50,750 nt of DNA, from the IMG/VR virus record IMGVR_UViG_3300006654_000150, positions 1 to 50,750 of that record; one strand, 5' to 3'. Numbering within the stretch: position 1 is the stretch's first letter; every line of letters begins with the position of its first letter. Shown piece by piece: positions 1-9,526 of this stretch. The notes under the pieces were generated by a model. It was not told the origin of the DNA and ran no database searches. It saw nothing but the letters and a program-made list of their open reading frames with translations. The position numbers and the translations under genes are program-made. Origin of the DNA: a virus.

Positions 1-99
1 ACCTCAAACACGCCGCCTTCGTATTTGATGTATTCGCCAGTGCCTTCATCTCCAAACACGCCCGTTGCGGCCTGAAGTTCGCCACTGAAGACGGCATTG
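1..99. repeat. Left copy of the 99-bp exact terminal overlap
   Basis: acctcaaacacgccgccttcgtatttgatg...gacggcattg is identical to 50652..50750. It lies inside a coding frame, so it is an assembly closure overlap and not a physical end signal. Confidence 0.95.
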
Positions 100-3000
100 C
101 CAGAGGCATCAACGGAGAAGTTATCGGTTTCGATGACGAGGTTGGTGCCGTTGTAGTCAATAAAGTTGTCGGAATCGCTACCGAAATGGAAACTGCCGTC
201 GCTCTGGATATAGCTCTTGAAGGCGGTGCCGTCGTAGTAGCCGAGGAACGTGTCGGTGATGTTTAGGCCGACAGTGGCCGTGTCGCTCACCCTGTCCGGG
301 ATACTCGATAGGGTGCTTTCCCAGTCAGCTCCGAAGGTTGCATTGTCTTCAGGCTTGCCAGCGCCAGATACTTGAGTAGACCAGTCTGCGGAGTTTTCGT
401 AGGCCAATCCGCCTGCGTCCCCAGACGTGAATGTTGCGCCGGCATTGGCGTTATCTTTTACAGTCGCAGACGCTTGGCCGTTAACGTTATCTGTATCGGA
501 TGCATTGCCGCCCTTGGTGGAGCTTCCGGCGTAGTTGAACGCCACGTCGCCACTGTCAGCCTGGTTCTTCGTTGCAAGGCTGCCAGCATCAGATAGGTTT
601 GAGATCCCGCTACTGCCGGAGGCAATAGTGATCGCGCCGGTGACGGTGACGTTGCCGAGCTCATCGACGCCAAACGTCACATCGGTGCCGTTGTAGGACC
701 ACATTAGATACGTGGTACCGCCAATCTCTGCCGGGCCAATGCCAGTCTGCACCGTAGGCGCGTTGATGTCGTCAACCGCCCGTATCACGCCTTCGCTGGT
801 GATGGTCTCAGTGGCCAGCAGCGTGCCGGTGGTGATTTTGGCAGCGGTGAGGTTCTTGATTTTGGTTGACGGTACGGCATCGGCCGCCAGATTATCCTCA
901 ATGAACGCCTCGTCCACCGGGTCAATCTCATACGCCCAGCCCGAGAGGCCATCCAGATCCTGGCCGGTTTTCGTGATGACCTCGAACTCGGCGCTGGTGT
1001 TTGTGCCTGTGCGCCCGAAAAAGTCAAAGGGGCGAAGACGCACATAGTAAGTCGTGCCGCTCTCCACGCTCGCCACGTAGCTGTTATCTGATACCGTGGC
1101 GGTCGGCTCTGTCGCATCCGGGTCAAAGCCCTGCGTCTCGCTGATCCAGATATCAACGCCGGCAAAATCCAGATCTGTTGGGCGCAGGTAGCTGATTTCG
1201 ATGACGCTGAATCCCGGCACCACTGACAGTGCGGACAGGGCGGCGGGCGCGGTGTTACTGACGGACAGCTTGGCAGGGCGCTGGCTGATCTGGTTGTTGC
1301 GGCCACGCTCGTACACGCGGCACTCAAAGTCACGCCACGCGCCCTCGACGCCGTTTTCACGCTTATAATCCTCAGCATTCTTCTCGTGCGAGTAGATGTA
1401 GACCGGGTCAACCGGGAATTCAGTGCGAACGATCTTGTTGTCCGCCCAGATCTCCACCTGGTAGTCACGGAAGTATTGATCCAGCCGTGATGCACCGGCA
1501 CCGCGCAAGCCCTCATAGCCCATCTCGACGTAATCGCCCACCGACGACCGGCGCCAGGCGAACTTCGCGTCCTTGCCGGTGAATTCGGCGTCGTTGCCCT
1601 GCTCGAACAGCTCAAGGCCCGACACATTCGGAACCGGCAGAACGTCATACGGGTTCTCGTCGGTGTATTCTGGGTCCAGGACGTTCGTGGTGGTGAAAAG
1701 CTGGGTCACACCATAGAAGTTCTCAACGCCCCACACGGATACGCTGCGCACACGAATCTGATATTGGGTGCCGTTGGCCAGAACTTGAACCTCGGCCTCG
1801 CTGGCGAACTGCCAGCCAATACGGCTGATAAACTGCCACTCGTCCTGGCCGGGTAGGCGGTATTCGGCGATAGCATACAGGTAAGGATCTGGCGCCGGCT
1901 CGTCCACGGTGATGACAAGTGTTGAGAACATGCCGTCCGGGGTCTTCGGCGTGTTGATCTGCTCGGTGACGGTGAACCCATCAACGTCCGGGGCGGGCTG
2001 CTCGCTGACGACCAGCTCAACCTCATCCGACCACGCGGACATGAGATTGCCGCTGCCGGCCGCCTTGGCCCGGAAGTAGAGCACGTTGCCGGTATTCAGG
2101 GGTATCGGAACCTCGGTAGACCCAACTCGCGCATCCACGTCTGGCGCATCGATCCACACTGCATCCTCAACCATCTGCGCCCGGTCTTCCTCGGGCACGA
2201 TCTCACCGGTATCAATGTCCTCCTGAATCTCGGTCACAATCCGGTATTGCAGGCGGTAACGTGTTGCCTTATCAGCAATCCGCTCGTCACTGGTGACCGT
2301 GACAATGGCGGTGGGCTCGCCGTACTTGGTGGAGCCCAGACCGACTTTAACGGTTGGCACGGCGGGAGGCTGATTCTCCGGGCGCGGCGTCAGGTTGGTG
2401 TCATAAACCGGCAGCGCCTCGCCGTCGGTGGTGTAGATCTCGTTGGCAGCATTGACGAGCGTAATGACCGCGCCAACGTCCTGCTGAGGCTTCACATTGG
2501 TCACGATGCACTCAAGGACTTCTTCGCCGGCCACGCCATAGCTGGCCAGGTCGCCTACCTCAAATTCAATGCTGTCTGCCGTAGACCACTGACCGCCGCC
2601 GTCGTAGGTGGCCGAAATCTGCCGGAACTGGGTGCCGCTGTCCACGTTGCGCACGATAACGCCGTAATCGTTGCCCGCGACCAGCCCGATGGTTTCGTCA
2701 ATTGAGAATTCGCCGGTCCCGACCGATTTGATACGACCTGATCCCAGGCCGACATCAATGATGTCGTTCTGAATCCAGACCTCATCGCCCCGGGCACACG
2801 CCAGATTCTCAATATCCGTGGTGAGCTCGTAGGTTTCGCGACGCAGGCGCTTTTCGAGGTAAGCAAAGCGGGCGTGCCGCTGTGCCAGTTCGGGCTTGGT
2901 GACGCCCCAAAGCTCAAGGCTGTCGGTCTGCCCTACCCGTTCGCCGGGGTCAATCTCGGGGTCGAAGAACGTCCACTCGTCAAGCTCGAAGTCCTCATCC

Positions 3001-4769
3001 TCGTTCTGGAATTCAACCTTGATACCGTCGGATGGCGGCGGAAAATCGCGCTTGGACTGGAAGCCGCTGGAATTCTTGGGGGTGAAAATCTGGACCGGGC
3101 CATCCTGCTCCTTCATCTGGGCGACCGAGAATCGGCCATCGCGCAACGTGAACTCAGCCCGGCCAGTCTTGGCCACATTGTTCAGGCACTGCTTGAGTGT
3201 CGTTTCGTAGTTGACCAGGTCCGACGCTTCCCAGCCCTCGGTCACACAATCGGCTTTCCAGGTATTCAGTGCCGTCAGGTTGATGCGGGCGTTGCCGACC
3301 TTGGCGTTATTGAACGGGCCTTGTAGGACCCAACGGTAAAGGTCTGCCGGGTTACGGGTAGGCGTAAGAGTCTGCCCGAACCAGTCTCGCCAGTCATTTG
3401 ACCATGCGGCCGGCACCACGGATTCAGCCGTGCAGTTCACGCTATCGAGCGTACCGCTTACCTGATCCGTGGCCTTGATCCTTAGCGCGATCACGGCCCG
3501 ACGCTTGGCGCCGGAGGGACTGCCGATCAATTCCTCGAAGCGAGTATCACTCAGAACAGCATCGCGGGACACGTCAACCAGGGTGACAGTATCGGTCCAC
3601 GGTTTGCTACTGCTGTCGCCCGGGGATAGGTTGCGGGCGCGGAGCGGTACGCTGTTCTCGGTGTCCGGGCTGCCGGCCAGCGACTGGTCAAACTGGATGG
3701 AACGGGTAAAAAACTTGGTCGTCTTGGCCCATGAGCGGATATTACAGACGTAATACGAGGCCGGCGCCTTGATCACCGCGTAGCCGTTGTTGTCGTCGTA
3801 AACGATGTACGAAGCGGGCACCGTATCCGCCTGAGTTAGGTTGATAGCGCCTTTGCCCCAATTCGCCGCACCAATTCCGCCGCCGCGCTTCAGCACCCCT
3901 CCTTCCTTGAAAAGCGCATAAGGCACAATGCCTTCTGGAACGGTTTGGTTGTAATAAACCGGCGTGTACCACTCGTCATCAGAGCCCTGGTATTCGACCT
4001 GCACGGAGCCGTTGAGTTCGTCCTTGCTCCCGCTACCCTTGATCCAGTAAAGGCCGTTCGGATAGGCAACCGTGACGCGAGTGAGTCCCCGGCCAACCGG
4101 GATAAAGCTGTTCCGGAAATCGTCTTCCCGGGGCAATTCCTCGTTGACCACATTCTGGGTCACATCCCGCGCCCAGATATCCCGCAGCGGCTCTATATCA
4201 GTGGTGTTGTACCAGTCCAGGATTGCGTACTGAACGTCCGTGAAACTGGTGATTGGTACCTCGCCAATGCGCAGGTCCGTGATGTTCAGCGGGCCGTAAC
4301 CGCAGTCTAGCAGCATCCGGTAATACTGGTCGCGACCGACGTACTCGTAATAGGGGTTAGCCATGTAGGCCGGGGTCAGCTTGCGGCGACCCAGAACAAA
4401 AGGAATCGGTTCGTAGGCCTTGTTCTGGTTCCTGTCGCCCTTGACGCGCCTGGCCTTCTCGTTCTCCGGCACTTCCGGCTCGTCCGGCTTGAACAGGAAA
4501 TAGGAGGCGACAGACAGCGCCAGGGAGGCAATGGCGATCCATGTAATGGGGTCGAGGCCGGTGGGAATCTGGGTGATGATGACGTTATCGCCGTCTGCGG
4601 TTGCTCGCTGCCAGTCAGAGACAACCTCCCCGTTGACCTGAATACGGCAGTGCGATGCTGCCAGGCCGGAATACGCTTCAAGAACATCCGAAAGCGTCTC
4701 GCCGGGCTTCCGGGATTCAATGATCGGGCGGGCAACGGGCGCCTTTGAGACAACAACGTTAACGGCCAT
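1..4769 (-). CDS. Tail-tip / host-specificity protein, N-terminal ~1,590 codons (gpI-like N-terminus fused to gpJ-like body). Continues at 49475..50750 in the circle.
   Basis: ATG at 4769. Hand translation (MAVNVVVSKAPVARP...) found no in-frame stop down to base 1, and no track ORF occupies this frame. It is missing from the track only because it has no stop inside the window. J-like core: LELWGVTKPELAQRHARFAYLEKRLRRETYELTTDIENLACARGDEVWIQND. Confidence 0.85.
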   Translation of the reverse strand, partial: MAVNVVVSKAPVARPIIESRKPGETLSDVLEAYSGLAASHCRIQVNGEVVSDWQRATADGDNVIITQIPTGLDPITWIAIASLALSVASYFLFKPDEPEVPENEKARRVKGDRNQNKAYEPIPFVLGRRKLTPAYMANPYYEYVGRDQYYRMLLDCGYGPLNITDLRIGEVPITSFTDVQYAILDWYNTTDIEPLRDIWARDVTQNVVNEELPREDDFRNSFIPVGRGLTRVTVAYPNGLYWIKGSGSKDELNGSVQVEYQGSDDEWYTPVYYNQTVPEGIVPYALFKEGGVLKRGGGIGAANWGKGAINLTQADTVPASYIVYDDNNGYAVIKAPASYYVCNIRSWAKTTKFFTRSIQFDQSLAGSPDTENSVPLRARNLSPGDSSSKPWTDTVTLVDVSRDAVLSDTRFEELIGSPSGAKRRAVIALRIKATDQVSGTLDSVNCTAESVVPAAWSNDWRDWFGQTLTPTRNPADLYRWVLQGPFNNAKVGNARINLTALNTWKADCVTEGWEASDLVNYETTLKQCLNNVAKTGRAEFTLRDGRFSVAQMKEQDGPVQIFTPKNSSGFQSKRDFPPPSDGIKVEFQNEDEDFELDEWTFFDPEIDPGERVGQTDSLELWGVTKPELAQRHARFAYLEKRLRRETYELTTDIENLACARGDEVWIQNDIIDVGLGSGRIKSVGTGEFSIDETIGLVAGNDYGVIVRNVDSGTQFRQISATYDGGGQWSTADSIEFEVGDLASYGVAGEEVLECIVTNVKPQQDVGAVITLVNAANEIYTTDGEALPVYDTNLTPRPENQPPAVPTVKVGLGSTKYGEPTAIVTVTSDERIADKATRYRLQYRIVTEIQEDIDTGEIVPEEDRAQMVEDAVWIDAPDVDARVGSTEVPIPLNTGNVLYFRAKAAGSGNLMSAWSDEVELVVSEQPAPDVDGFTVTEQINTPKTPDGMFSTLVITVDEPAPDPYLYAIAEYRLPGQDEWQFISRIGWQFASEAEVQVLANGTQYQIRVRSVSVWGVENFYGVTQLFTTTNVLDPEYTDENPYDVLPVPNVSGLELFEQGNDAEFTGKDAKFAWRRSSVGDYVEMGYEGLRGAGASRLDQYFRDYQVEIWADNKIVRTEFPVDPVYIYSHEKNAEDYKRENGVEGAWRDFECRVYERGRNNQISQRPAKLSVSNTAPAALSALSVVPGFSVIEISYLRPTDLDFAGVDIWISETQGFDPDATEPTATVSDNSYVASVESGTTYYVRLRPFDFFGRTGTNTSAEFEVITKTGQDLDGLSGWAYEIDPVDEAFIEDNLAADAVPSTKIKNLTAAKITTGTLLATETITSEGVIRAVDDINAPTVQTGIGPAEIGGTTYLMWSYNGTDVTFGVDELGNVTVTGAITIASGSSGISNLSDAGSLATKNQADSGDVAFNYAGSSTKGGNASDTDNVNGQASATVKDNANAGATFTSGDAGGLAYENSADWSTQVSGAGKPEDNATFGADWESTLSSIPDRVSDTATVGLNITDTFLGYYDGTAFKSYIQSDGSFHFGSDSDNFIDYNGTNLVIETDNFSVDASGNAVFSGELQAATGVFGDEGTGEYIKYEGGVFE

Positions 4770-5172
4770 TCAATAGATCCTTGTGGCGGTAATAGCCTCT
4801 GACACGACGCGCCCACTTGGGGCTGCCCAGGTCAACAATGGCGGGGCCGACACCCATCTGCGTGTGCAGCATGGAGGAAGGGCCGAGCATAAAACCGATA
4901 TGAACGGGGTGGTTTAGTAGCGACATCAGAACGAAGTCGCCGCGCCGAGGCTGCTGAACCTCTACAAACTCAGGCTCATGCGAGAGCGCATCCTGAATGC
5001 CTTTCTGGGCACTCTCTGGACTTTGACCAGGGGCGTAATACAGGCCATCGTGACTGCTCGCCTTAACGCCCATGACGTGCTTCAGGCATAACAGGACAAG
5101 GCCCCAGCAGTCCGCCCCGCTCCAGTCTCGACCGCCTGGCAGGTACGGCACACGCATGATCTGCTTAATCAT
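4759..5172 (-). CDS. Tail-associated NlpC/P60 cysteine peptidase (lambda gpK-like)
   Basis: Has DCWGLV (catalytic Cys) and NHPVHIGF (His). The internal ATG at 5172 gives an ATGATTAA overlap with the upstream gene. Sits between the L-like and J-like genes. Confidence 0.75.
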   Translation of the reverse strand: MIKQIMRVPYLPGGRDWSGADCWGLVLLCLKHVMGVKASSHDGLYYAPGQSPESAQKGIQDALSHEPEFVEVQQPRRGDFVLMSLLNHPVHIGFMLGPSSMLHTQMGVGPAIVDLGSPKWARRVRGYYRHKDLLNGR

Positions 5173-5650
5173 TGCCTTCCCAGAGTCCAGGGGTGTTTTG
5201 TGGGGTGTAGCGGTCGGCGGGCAGTTGCACATCAAGGATGGGCTCCACTTCCAGGGACAGGCTTACGGTCGTTCCGCTGATCGTGAAATCCACGGACTCA
5301 AACTGGGCGGGTCCGAACTCGGCCACATTGGGAGCTGAGGCCACCACTAACCAGAGGTTGATGACCACGCGGGAGTTCACCGACCGGAGCCGGCGAATCA
5401 GCTGGATGTCAGCCGCCTCAAAATCAATCGTGGCCCGGGGCGTTCCGTCTGCCGTGTCCTCGGGCAATTCCAGACTGAATCGGCCCGGCTGATAGGTCTG
5501 CGTTGAGCCAGACACATTACTGTCGATGGATTGCGTGTTATCGACGTAGTAATACTTGGTGCCATCGAAATCCGCCTCGATGATGGCGATAACAGCGGCG
5601 CTGGTGGTCTGAGCGTAGATGTCACGCAGGAACTGGTCGGAGTACGGCAT
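5165..5650 (-). CDS. Minor tail protein (gpL position, DUF1833-like)
   Basis: 161 aa, coupled to both neighbours. Call rests on position and general resemblance. Confidence 0.5.
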   Translation of the reverse strand: MPYSDQFLRDIYAQTTSAAVIAIIEADFDGTKYYYVDNTQSIDSNVSGSTQTYQPGRFSLELPEDTADGTPRATIDFEAADIQLIRRLRSVNSRVVINLWLVVASAPNVAEFGPAQFESVDFTISGTTVSLSLEVEPILDVQLPADRYTPQNTPGLWEGND

Positions 5651-5997
5651 TACGGCAGCTTCTCCATCGTCAGTCTCAGGCGATAGATGTCCGGGCTCTC
5701 AGGGGTTAGCTCGTATGGCGCGACCATGATGTATTCAGACGTGCCGCCGTACAGAAAGTCAGGCTTTGTGAACTGCAGGGCGCCGTTGGTCAGATTGCTC
5801 TCGTGAAACACCAGGAACGTGTCAACTTGCGCCTTGGTAATGGTGTACTGCTCGGTGACATCGTGCGGCTGCGCTGTAAACCGGGGGCGCTGCTTTGTCG
5901 ATCCATCCATGGGGGAGCGGATAGTCGTATCCTGCGGAACGTCGCTGAAGTTTTCCCGGTTCGGGAGTTGCGGCAAGGACGCCGGCCATATCGCCAT
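5650..5997 (-). CDS. Minor tail protein (gpM position)
   Basis: 115 aa. Starts on the stop of the tape measure gene. Positional call. Confidence 0.45.
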   Translation of the reverse strand: MAIWPASLPQLPNRENFSDVPQDTTIRSPMDGSTKQRPRFTAQPHDVTEQYTITKAQVDTFLVFHESNLTNGALQFTKPDFLYGGTSEYIMVAPYELTPESPDIYRLRLTMEKLP

Positions 5998-7853
5998 CAG
6001 ACACGCCTCCCTTTGCTCTTGAGATCGAACCGGCTGCCCATGGCGCGGTCATGCTCGCCCCGGGCAATGTTGTTGTTCACGGTGTCGCGGATGATGACGC
6101 GCAGGCGGCGCTGGCCGTCCTGATCCGTGGTTTCTTCGGTCTGATAGTCGTGGTTGCCGGTGCTTTGATCGATGACTTGGAAGCTTACGCTCATGCCGCC
6201 CATCGACTGGCCTTTGGTGTGATCTATTACCGTTTCATTGGGGTGCAGGATCGCGGGGAATCCACCCTGTCCGTCGAGACCGCCTGTGCGAGAACCGCCA
6301 CCGGTATACCCGCCCCCAAGATAAGAACCCTGGTACTCCTGGGACTGTATCTCGGCCACCTGAACGCCGGCCAGAGCGCCAAGCGATAGCGCTAACGGAA
6401 CTCTCGCTAAAGGCGGGATCGTCGGGTCTCCGAGCACTGAAGCGATGGACAGCGCGGCAGCGATTGCGGCCTGAGATGACGCAAGATTCTTGTATCGCTG
6501 GAACGACTCTTCGCCGCCCTTTTCAGCAATGCTAGCCAGGTTTCCGAAGAATTGTCCTGTCAGCTGCAGGGATTTCTCCTGACCCGATGTGAAGACTCGG
6601 TTTTTCTGGGACTCAAGTTGCAAGAGCTCTTCGTTTCTTCGGCGGGCCGACTCCACCTCAAGCCGGTTCCGCTCCTCTACGCTATCAATAACGCCCAGCC
6701 TCAGCGCATCATTCAGCGCCATCACGCGCTCATTGTGAGCCTGCCTGATAGCGAACTCTTGATCCAGGCCATCCCGGACCGCTTGCGCCCTAGCGCGGAT
6801 GCTCTGAATAATCTCTCCGCCTCGATCCTGAGCGCTTACGCGCTGCAACAAAGGGTCCTCGGAGGCAGTGATCTTGTATTGCTCGCGCAACAGCTTCAGC
6901 CGTTCTGCTTCTTGGCTGTAGGCGTCCAACTTGTCGTAGTAGGCGTTGGTCAGATTTCTGGAAATTCTGACGGCTTCTGAATCAGCTCCGTTTTTCTCAA
7001 GCTGCGCAATTTTGGCAAGCTGGATAACCCTCTCGCTGGCCCCAAACGTCTCTATTTGGAACTGGAGCGACTTCGTAAGAGACTCAATTTCTTCATTCGC
7101 GTCGTCAGCTCCGATGCCGCTAAGCATCTCGTCGAATGCTTTTCTGGAATGCTCAGCACGTTTTTCTGCTGTATCAATTTTGCCGGCAAGCTCGGTTATT
7201 TCATCTTGCGTTTCCCTGAGGTCGTCAGCATTGAAGACGTCCGCAAGCCCCGGATCATTGGCCGCCATAGACTGCAGCCTAAGCAAGTTGCTCTCGGTTT
7301 CCCGGAGCTTTTCAAGCTCTTCCCGCTGCTCGGCAATTCTTTTGTTTGCCTGCTGCTGCCCTCTAGCCCTCTCAAGCTCCAGCGCTTCTCGTTGATTTTT
7401 GGTGAGGTCGTTGAAGCTTAAATTGAGCTCGTCAATCTGCTCCCGGAGGCTCTTGGTGGCCTCTTCACCCTCTCCCATGCCCCTCACAAACGCGCCAGCA
7501 ATACCAGCACCGATGGCAATAACGGCGCCAAGAACAGCGCCTCCAGGCCCCATTATCCCGGCAAGCTGACTGGCCTGCTGCCCGAAGGCAACAATTGCAG
7601 ACTGACCAGCGCTAACCTGTGTTGCAAAGTCGCCAACCTGAAAGCCAACTTGCTGTATAGAGCCTTTCATGAGCCTGAAACTGCCGCCAGACCCGCGAGC
7701 AGTGTTTGATAGCCTGGCAGTTGATGCCACCAGTTGATCGCTTGCGCGGGTCGCTTTTATAGACCCATCCTGCAACCCACGCAAAGCCTGACGTGCCCGC
7801 TGCGCACCGTTGACATCGATCTGGAGCGCAAGTCTCGCTACATCGGTGGCCAT
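5997..7853 (-). CDS. Tail tape measure protein
   Basis: 618 aa with long coiled-coil stretches and Gly/Ala-rich hydrophobic segments (GAVLGAVIAIGAGIAGAF). Immediately downstream of the G/GT chaperone pair. Confidence 0.85.
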   Translation of the reverse strand: MATDVARLALQIDVNGAQRARQALRGLQDGSIKATRASDQLVASTARLSNTARGSGGSFRLMKGSIQQVGFQVGDFATQVSAGQSAIVAFGQQASQLAGIMGPGGAVLGAVIAIGAGIAGAFVRGMGEGEEATKSLREQIDELNLSFNDLTKNQREALELERARGQQQANKRIAEQREELEKLRETESNLLRLQSMAANDPGLADVFNADDLRETQDEITELAGKIDTAEKRAEHSRKAFDEMLSGIGADDANEEIESLTKSLQFQIETFGASERVIQLAKIAQLEKNGADSEAVRISRNLTNAYYDKLDAYSQEAERLKLLREQYKITASEDPLLQRVSAQDRGGEIIQSIRARAQAVRDGLDQEFAIRQAHNERVMALNDALRLGVIDSVEERNRLEVESARRRNEELLQLESQKNRVFTSGQEKSLQLTGQFFGNLASIAEKGGEESFQRYKNLASSQAAIAAALSIASVLGDPTIPPLARVPLALSLGALAGVQVAEIQSQEYQGSYLGGGYTGGGSRTGGLDGQGGFPAILHPNETVIDHTKGQSMGGMSVSFQVIDQSTGNHDYQTEETTDQDGQRRLRVIIRDTVNNNIARGEHDRAMGSRFDLKSKGRRV

Positions 7854-7856
7854 AGC

Positions 7857-8219
7857 TTACCTCTGGCGTGGTTTCTGGGTGTCCGACTGGCGCTGGCGCT
7901 GGTCGCTGATTTCTTTCTGGAGGGAGAACACAAAGGCGCGGTCCATCTTCATGAGCACGGCGAACTCTTCTCTACGGACCAGTTCGCCGTTAATCTCCGC
8001 CCATGACTGCCATTCAAGCGGCGTTAGAAGTTGAGGCATGCCGGAATCGCTGCGTCTTGTAGCGGCAGCATCGGCATACCACTCCCAGAGATAGCGGCCC
8101 TGCTTGGGTGGCCTGACCCGTGGCGACTCGACCATGAATCGCTCATTCCGATCTCGCCGAGTCTCGCCATTCTGGTCCGGCGTGTCGTACCGAGCCTCAT
8201 TTGCTAAGGCTTCGCACAA
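7857..8219 (-). CDS. T-frame segment of the tail assembly chaperone, probably expressed as a G-T fusion by -1 frameshift
   Basis: The frame is -1 relative to the G ORF. It stays open upstream to a TGA inside G, so it overlaps the last ~12 G codons. No convincing independent start (TTG only). Confidence 0.6.
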   Translation of the reverse strand: MCEALANEARYDTPDQNGETRRDRNERFMVESPRVRPPKQGRYLWEWYADAAATRRSDSGMPQLLTPLEWQSWAEINGELVRREEFAVLMKMDRAFVFSLQKEISDQRQRQSDTQKPRQR

Positions 8220-8227
8220 CTCACGGC

Positions 8228-8596
8228 TCAGGCTTGATAAAAATCCTTGGTGCGGCGGACCTCAAAAGCCACTTGCTCCCTCAGCGCAATGACCGAGCAG
8301 ATGTCTTTGGCGAGATCTTCGCTATACTTCGGTTTCTCGCCCCGCCAGTTCGCATCGCCCTCGAACTCGACATTCACAATGTGAGAGGACCATCGCGCTA
8401 TATCGTAGTCCTCGGCGTCCTTATCGGTGGCATCCTTGCCTTTTTCAATAATCATGTCGTTCGCCGCTCGCTGAGCTTTCATGACCCGGTCGTCATGGCT
8501 ACAGGCGAGCGTGAGAATCATGCCGGTCGGCTTTCCGTCAGCCGGGTTCTGAACGTTGTAGTGCTTCTCGATTGGCTTGATCTGAGACAAATCCAT
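8228..8596 (-). CDS. Tail assembly chaperone (gpG analogue)
   Basis: 122 aa acidic protein between the tube and tape measure genes, with an overlapping -1 frame ORF downstream. Confidence 0.65.
   Translation of the reverse strand: MDLSQIKPIEKHYNVQNPADGKPTGMILTLACSHDDRVMKAQRAANDMIIEKGKDATDKDAEDYDIARWSSHIVNVEFEGDANWRGEKPKYSEDLAKDICSVIALREQVAFEVRRTKDFYQA
8239..8243 (-). promoter_or_regulatory. Candidate -1 slip site (U5 run, GAU UUU UAU) for G-T fusion
   Basis: Minus-strand ...AAG GAT TTT TAT CAA GCC TGA. The T5 run lies within the window where both the G and T frames are open. Not a canonical X XXY YYZ heptamer. Confidence 0.35.
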
Positions 8597-9099
8597 TACG
8601 CAGCCTCTTTCACGATCTGCTCTTGGTTCAGGCCTAGACTGTAGTTTTCCAGGTCAAAATCCTCGTTGCCGCCGTTGGGGTGAGTCGGGCCAGTGACTAC
8701 GCCACGGTTATAGCGGACGGTGCCGTTCGTTCCGCCGTTTGGCTTGTCGGACAGTTCATATTTGAATGCATAGTTGTTCTGGTTGGCGACCAATGCAGAT
8801 GCTCGCATAGCGATCTGGCCGGGGTCAGAACCAATCCGGCGACACTCAACTACGGGATCACCCGCATTTGCGATGCCCTTGCCCTTCTGGGTTACTTCTG
8901 TCGCCAACTCGTCATAAGTTGGAAGGTTTTGTGTTACACCTGTTTCGCCGAAATTACCGACACCTACAACTTGCAGCCAAGTAAGCCCATCAAAAGCAGC
9001 AAGGTTGAGGTTATCGTTCTGCGGCAGAGGATCACCAGATCCATCTACAGCAATGTAAAACTTGGCGCCTTTTTGGGTGAGTGCCTGTGCCATGTTCAA
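8596..9099 (-). CDS. Major tail tube protein
   Basis: 167 aa. Sits just upstream of the chaperone pair. Beta-rich composition. Confidence 0.7.
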   Translation of the reverse strand: MNMAQALTQKGAKFYIAVDGSGDPLPQNDNLNLAAFDGLTWLQVVGVGNFGETGVTQNLPTYDELATEVTQKGKGIANAGDPVVECRRIGSDPGQIAMRASALVANQNNYAFKYELSDKPNGGTNGTVRYNRGVVTGPTHPNGGNEDFDLENYSLGLNQEQIVKEAA

Positions 9100-9136
9100 T
9101 TCCTCATGTGCGGTTTGCGTGAAACTCTGTGGGGTG

Positions 9137-9526
9137 TTACTCGGAGTATTCGACTGTTACAGGGAGGCGCATGCGGTCGTCTTCAATGCGCGCGGAACTT
9201 GTGTAGGGGTGACTGCCGACACGGATGTTGCCGGAAATCCTGGTGCCTTTGGGGAAAACCGCTTGCACCGCTTCGGCTGCTTCGCGCAGCTTTATCTCTG
9301 ATTGTGGACGACTGGCTACAGTCACCTGATATATCCCCTGGGGGCTGACGTAGCCGTCATCTGCGAGCCTGTCATCGACGCCTTGATTGGGAAGATATAT
9401 GACCTCCAGCCATTCGCCGTTAGCGGGCGGAGTAAAATCAATTCCCGGCCATGCAACCGGGTAGCCAAGCGCGGCAGCCTCAAGTATCTGGTTAAGTGCC
9501 GTTTCAATGGCAGAGTTTGCCGTCAT
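9137..9526 (-). CDS. Tail terminator / tail completion protein (gpU position)
   Basis: 129 aa, directly upstream of the tube gene. Overlaps the upstream gene by 4 nt. Confidence 0.5.
   Translation of the reverse strand: MTANSAIETALNQILEAAALGYPVAWPGIDFTPPANGEWLEVIYLPNQGVDDRLADDGYVSPQGIYQVTVASRPQSEIKLREAAEAVQAVFPKGTRISGNIRVGSHPYTSSARIEDDRMRLPVTVEYSE

Noticed and set aside
372-4816. About fifteen 60-290-aa track ORFs on both strands (for example 785..1648, 2247..2705, 4376..4816)
   Set aside because: All are off-frame or antisense within the uninterrupted tail-tip gene (frame set by ATG 4769). Their sequences are Arg/Ser/Pro-rich low complexity. The real ORF is missing from the track only because it has no stop inside the window.
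8680-9348. 222-aa plus-strand ORF, and similar plus-strand ORFs at 14565..15226 and 15311..15847
   Set aside because: They are antisense to the tail tube, terminator, scaffold and protease genes. They show a Cys/Arg/Leu-rich or Ser/Ala-rich junk composition and have no translation signals.
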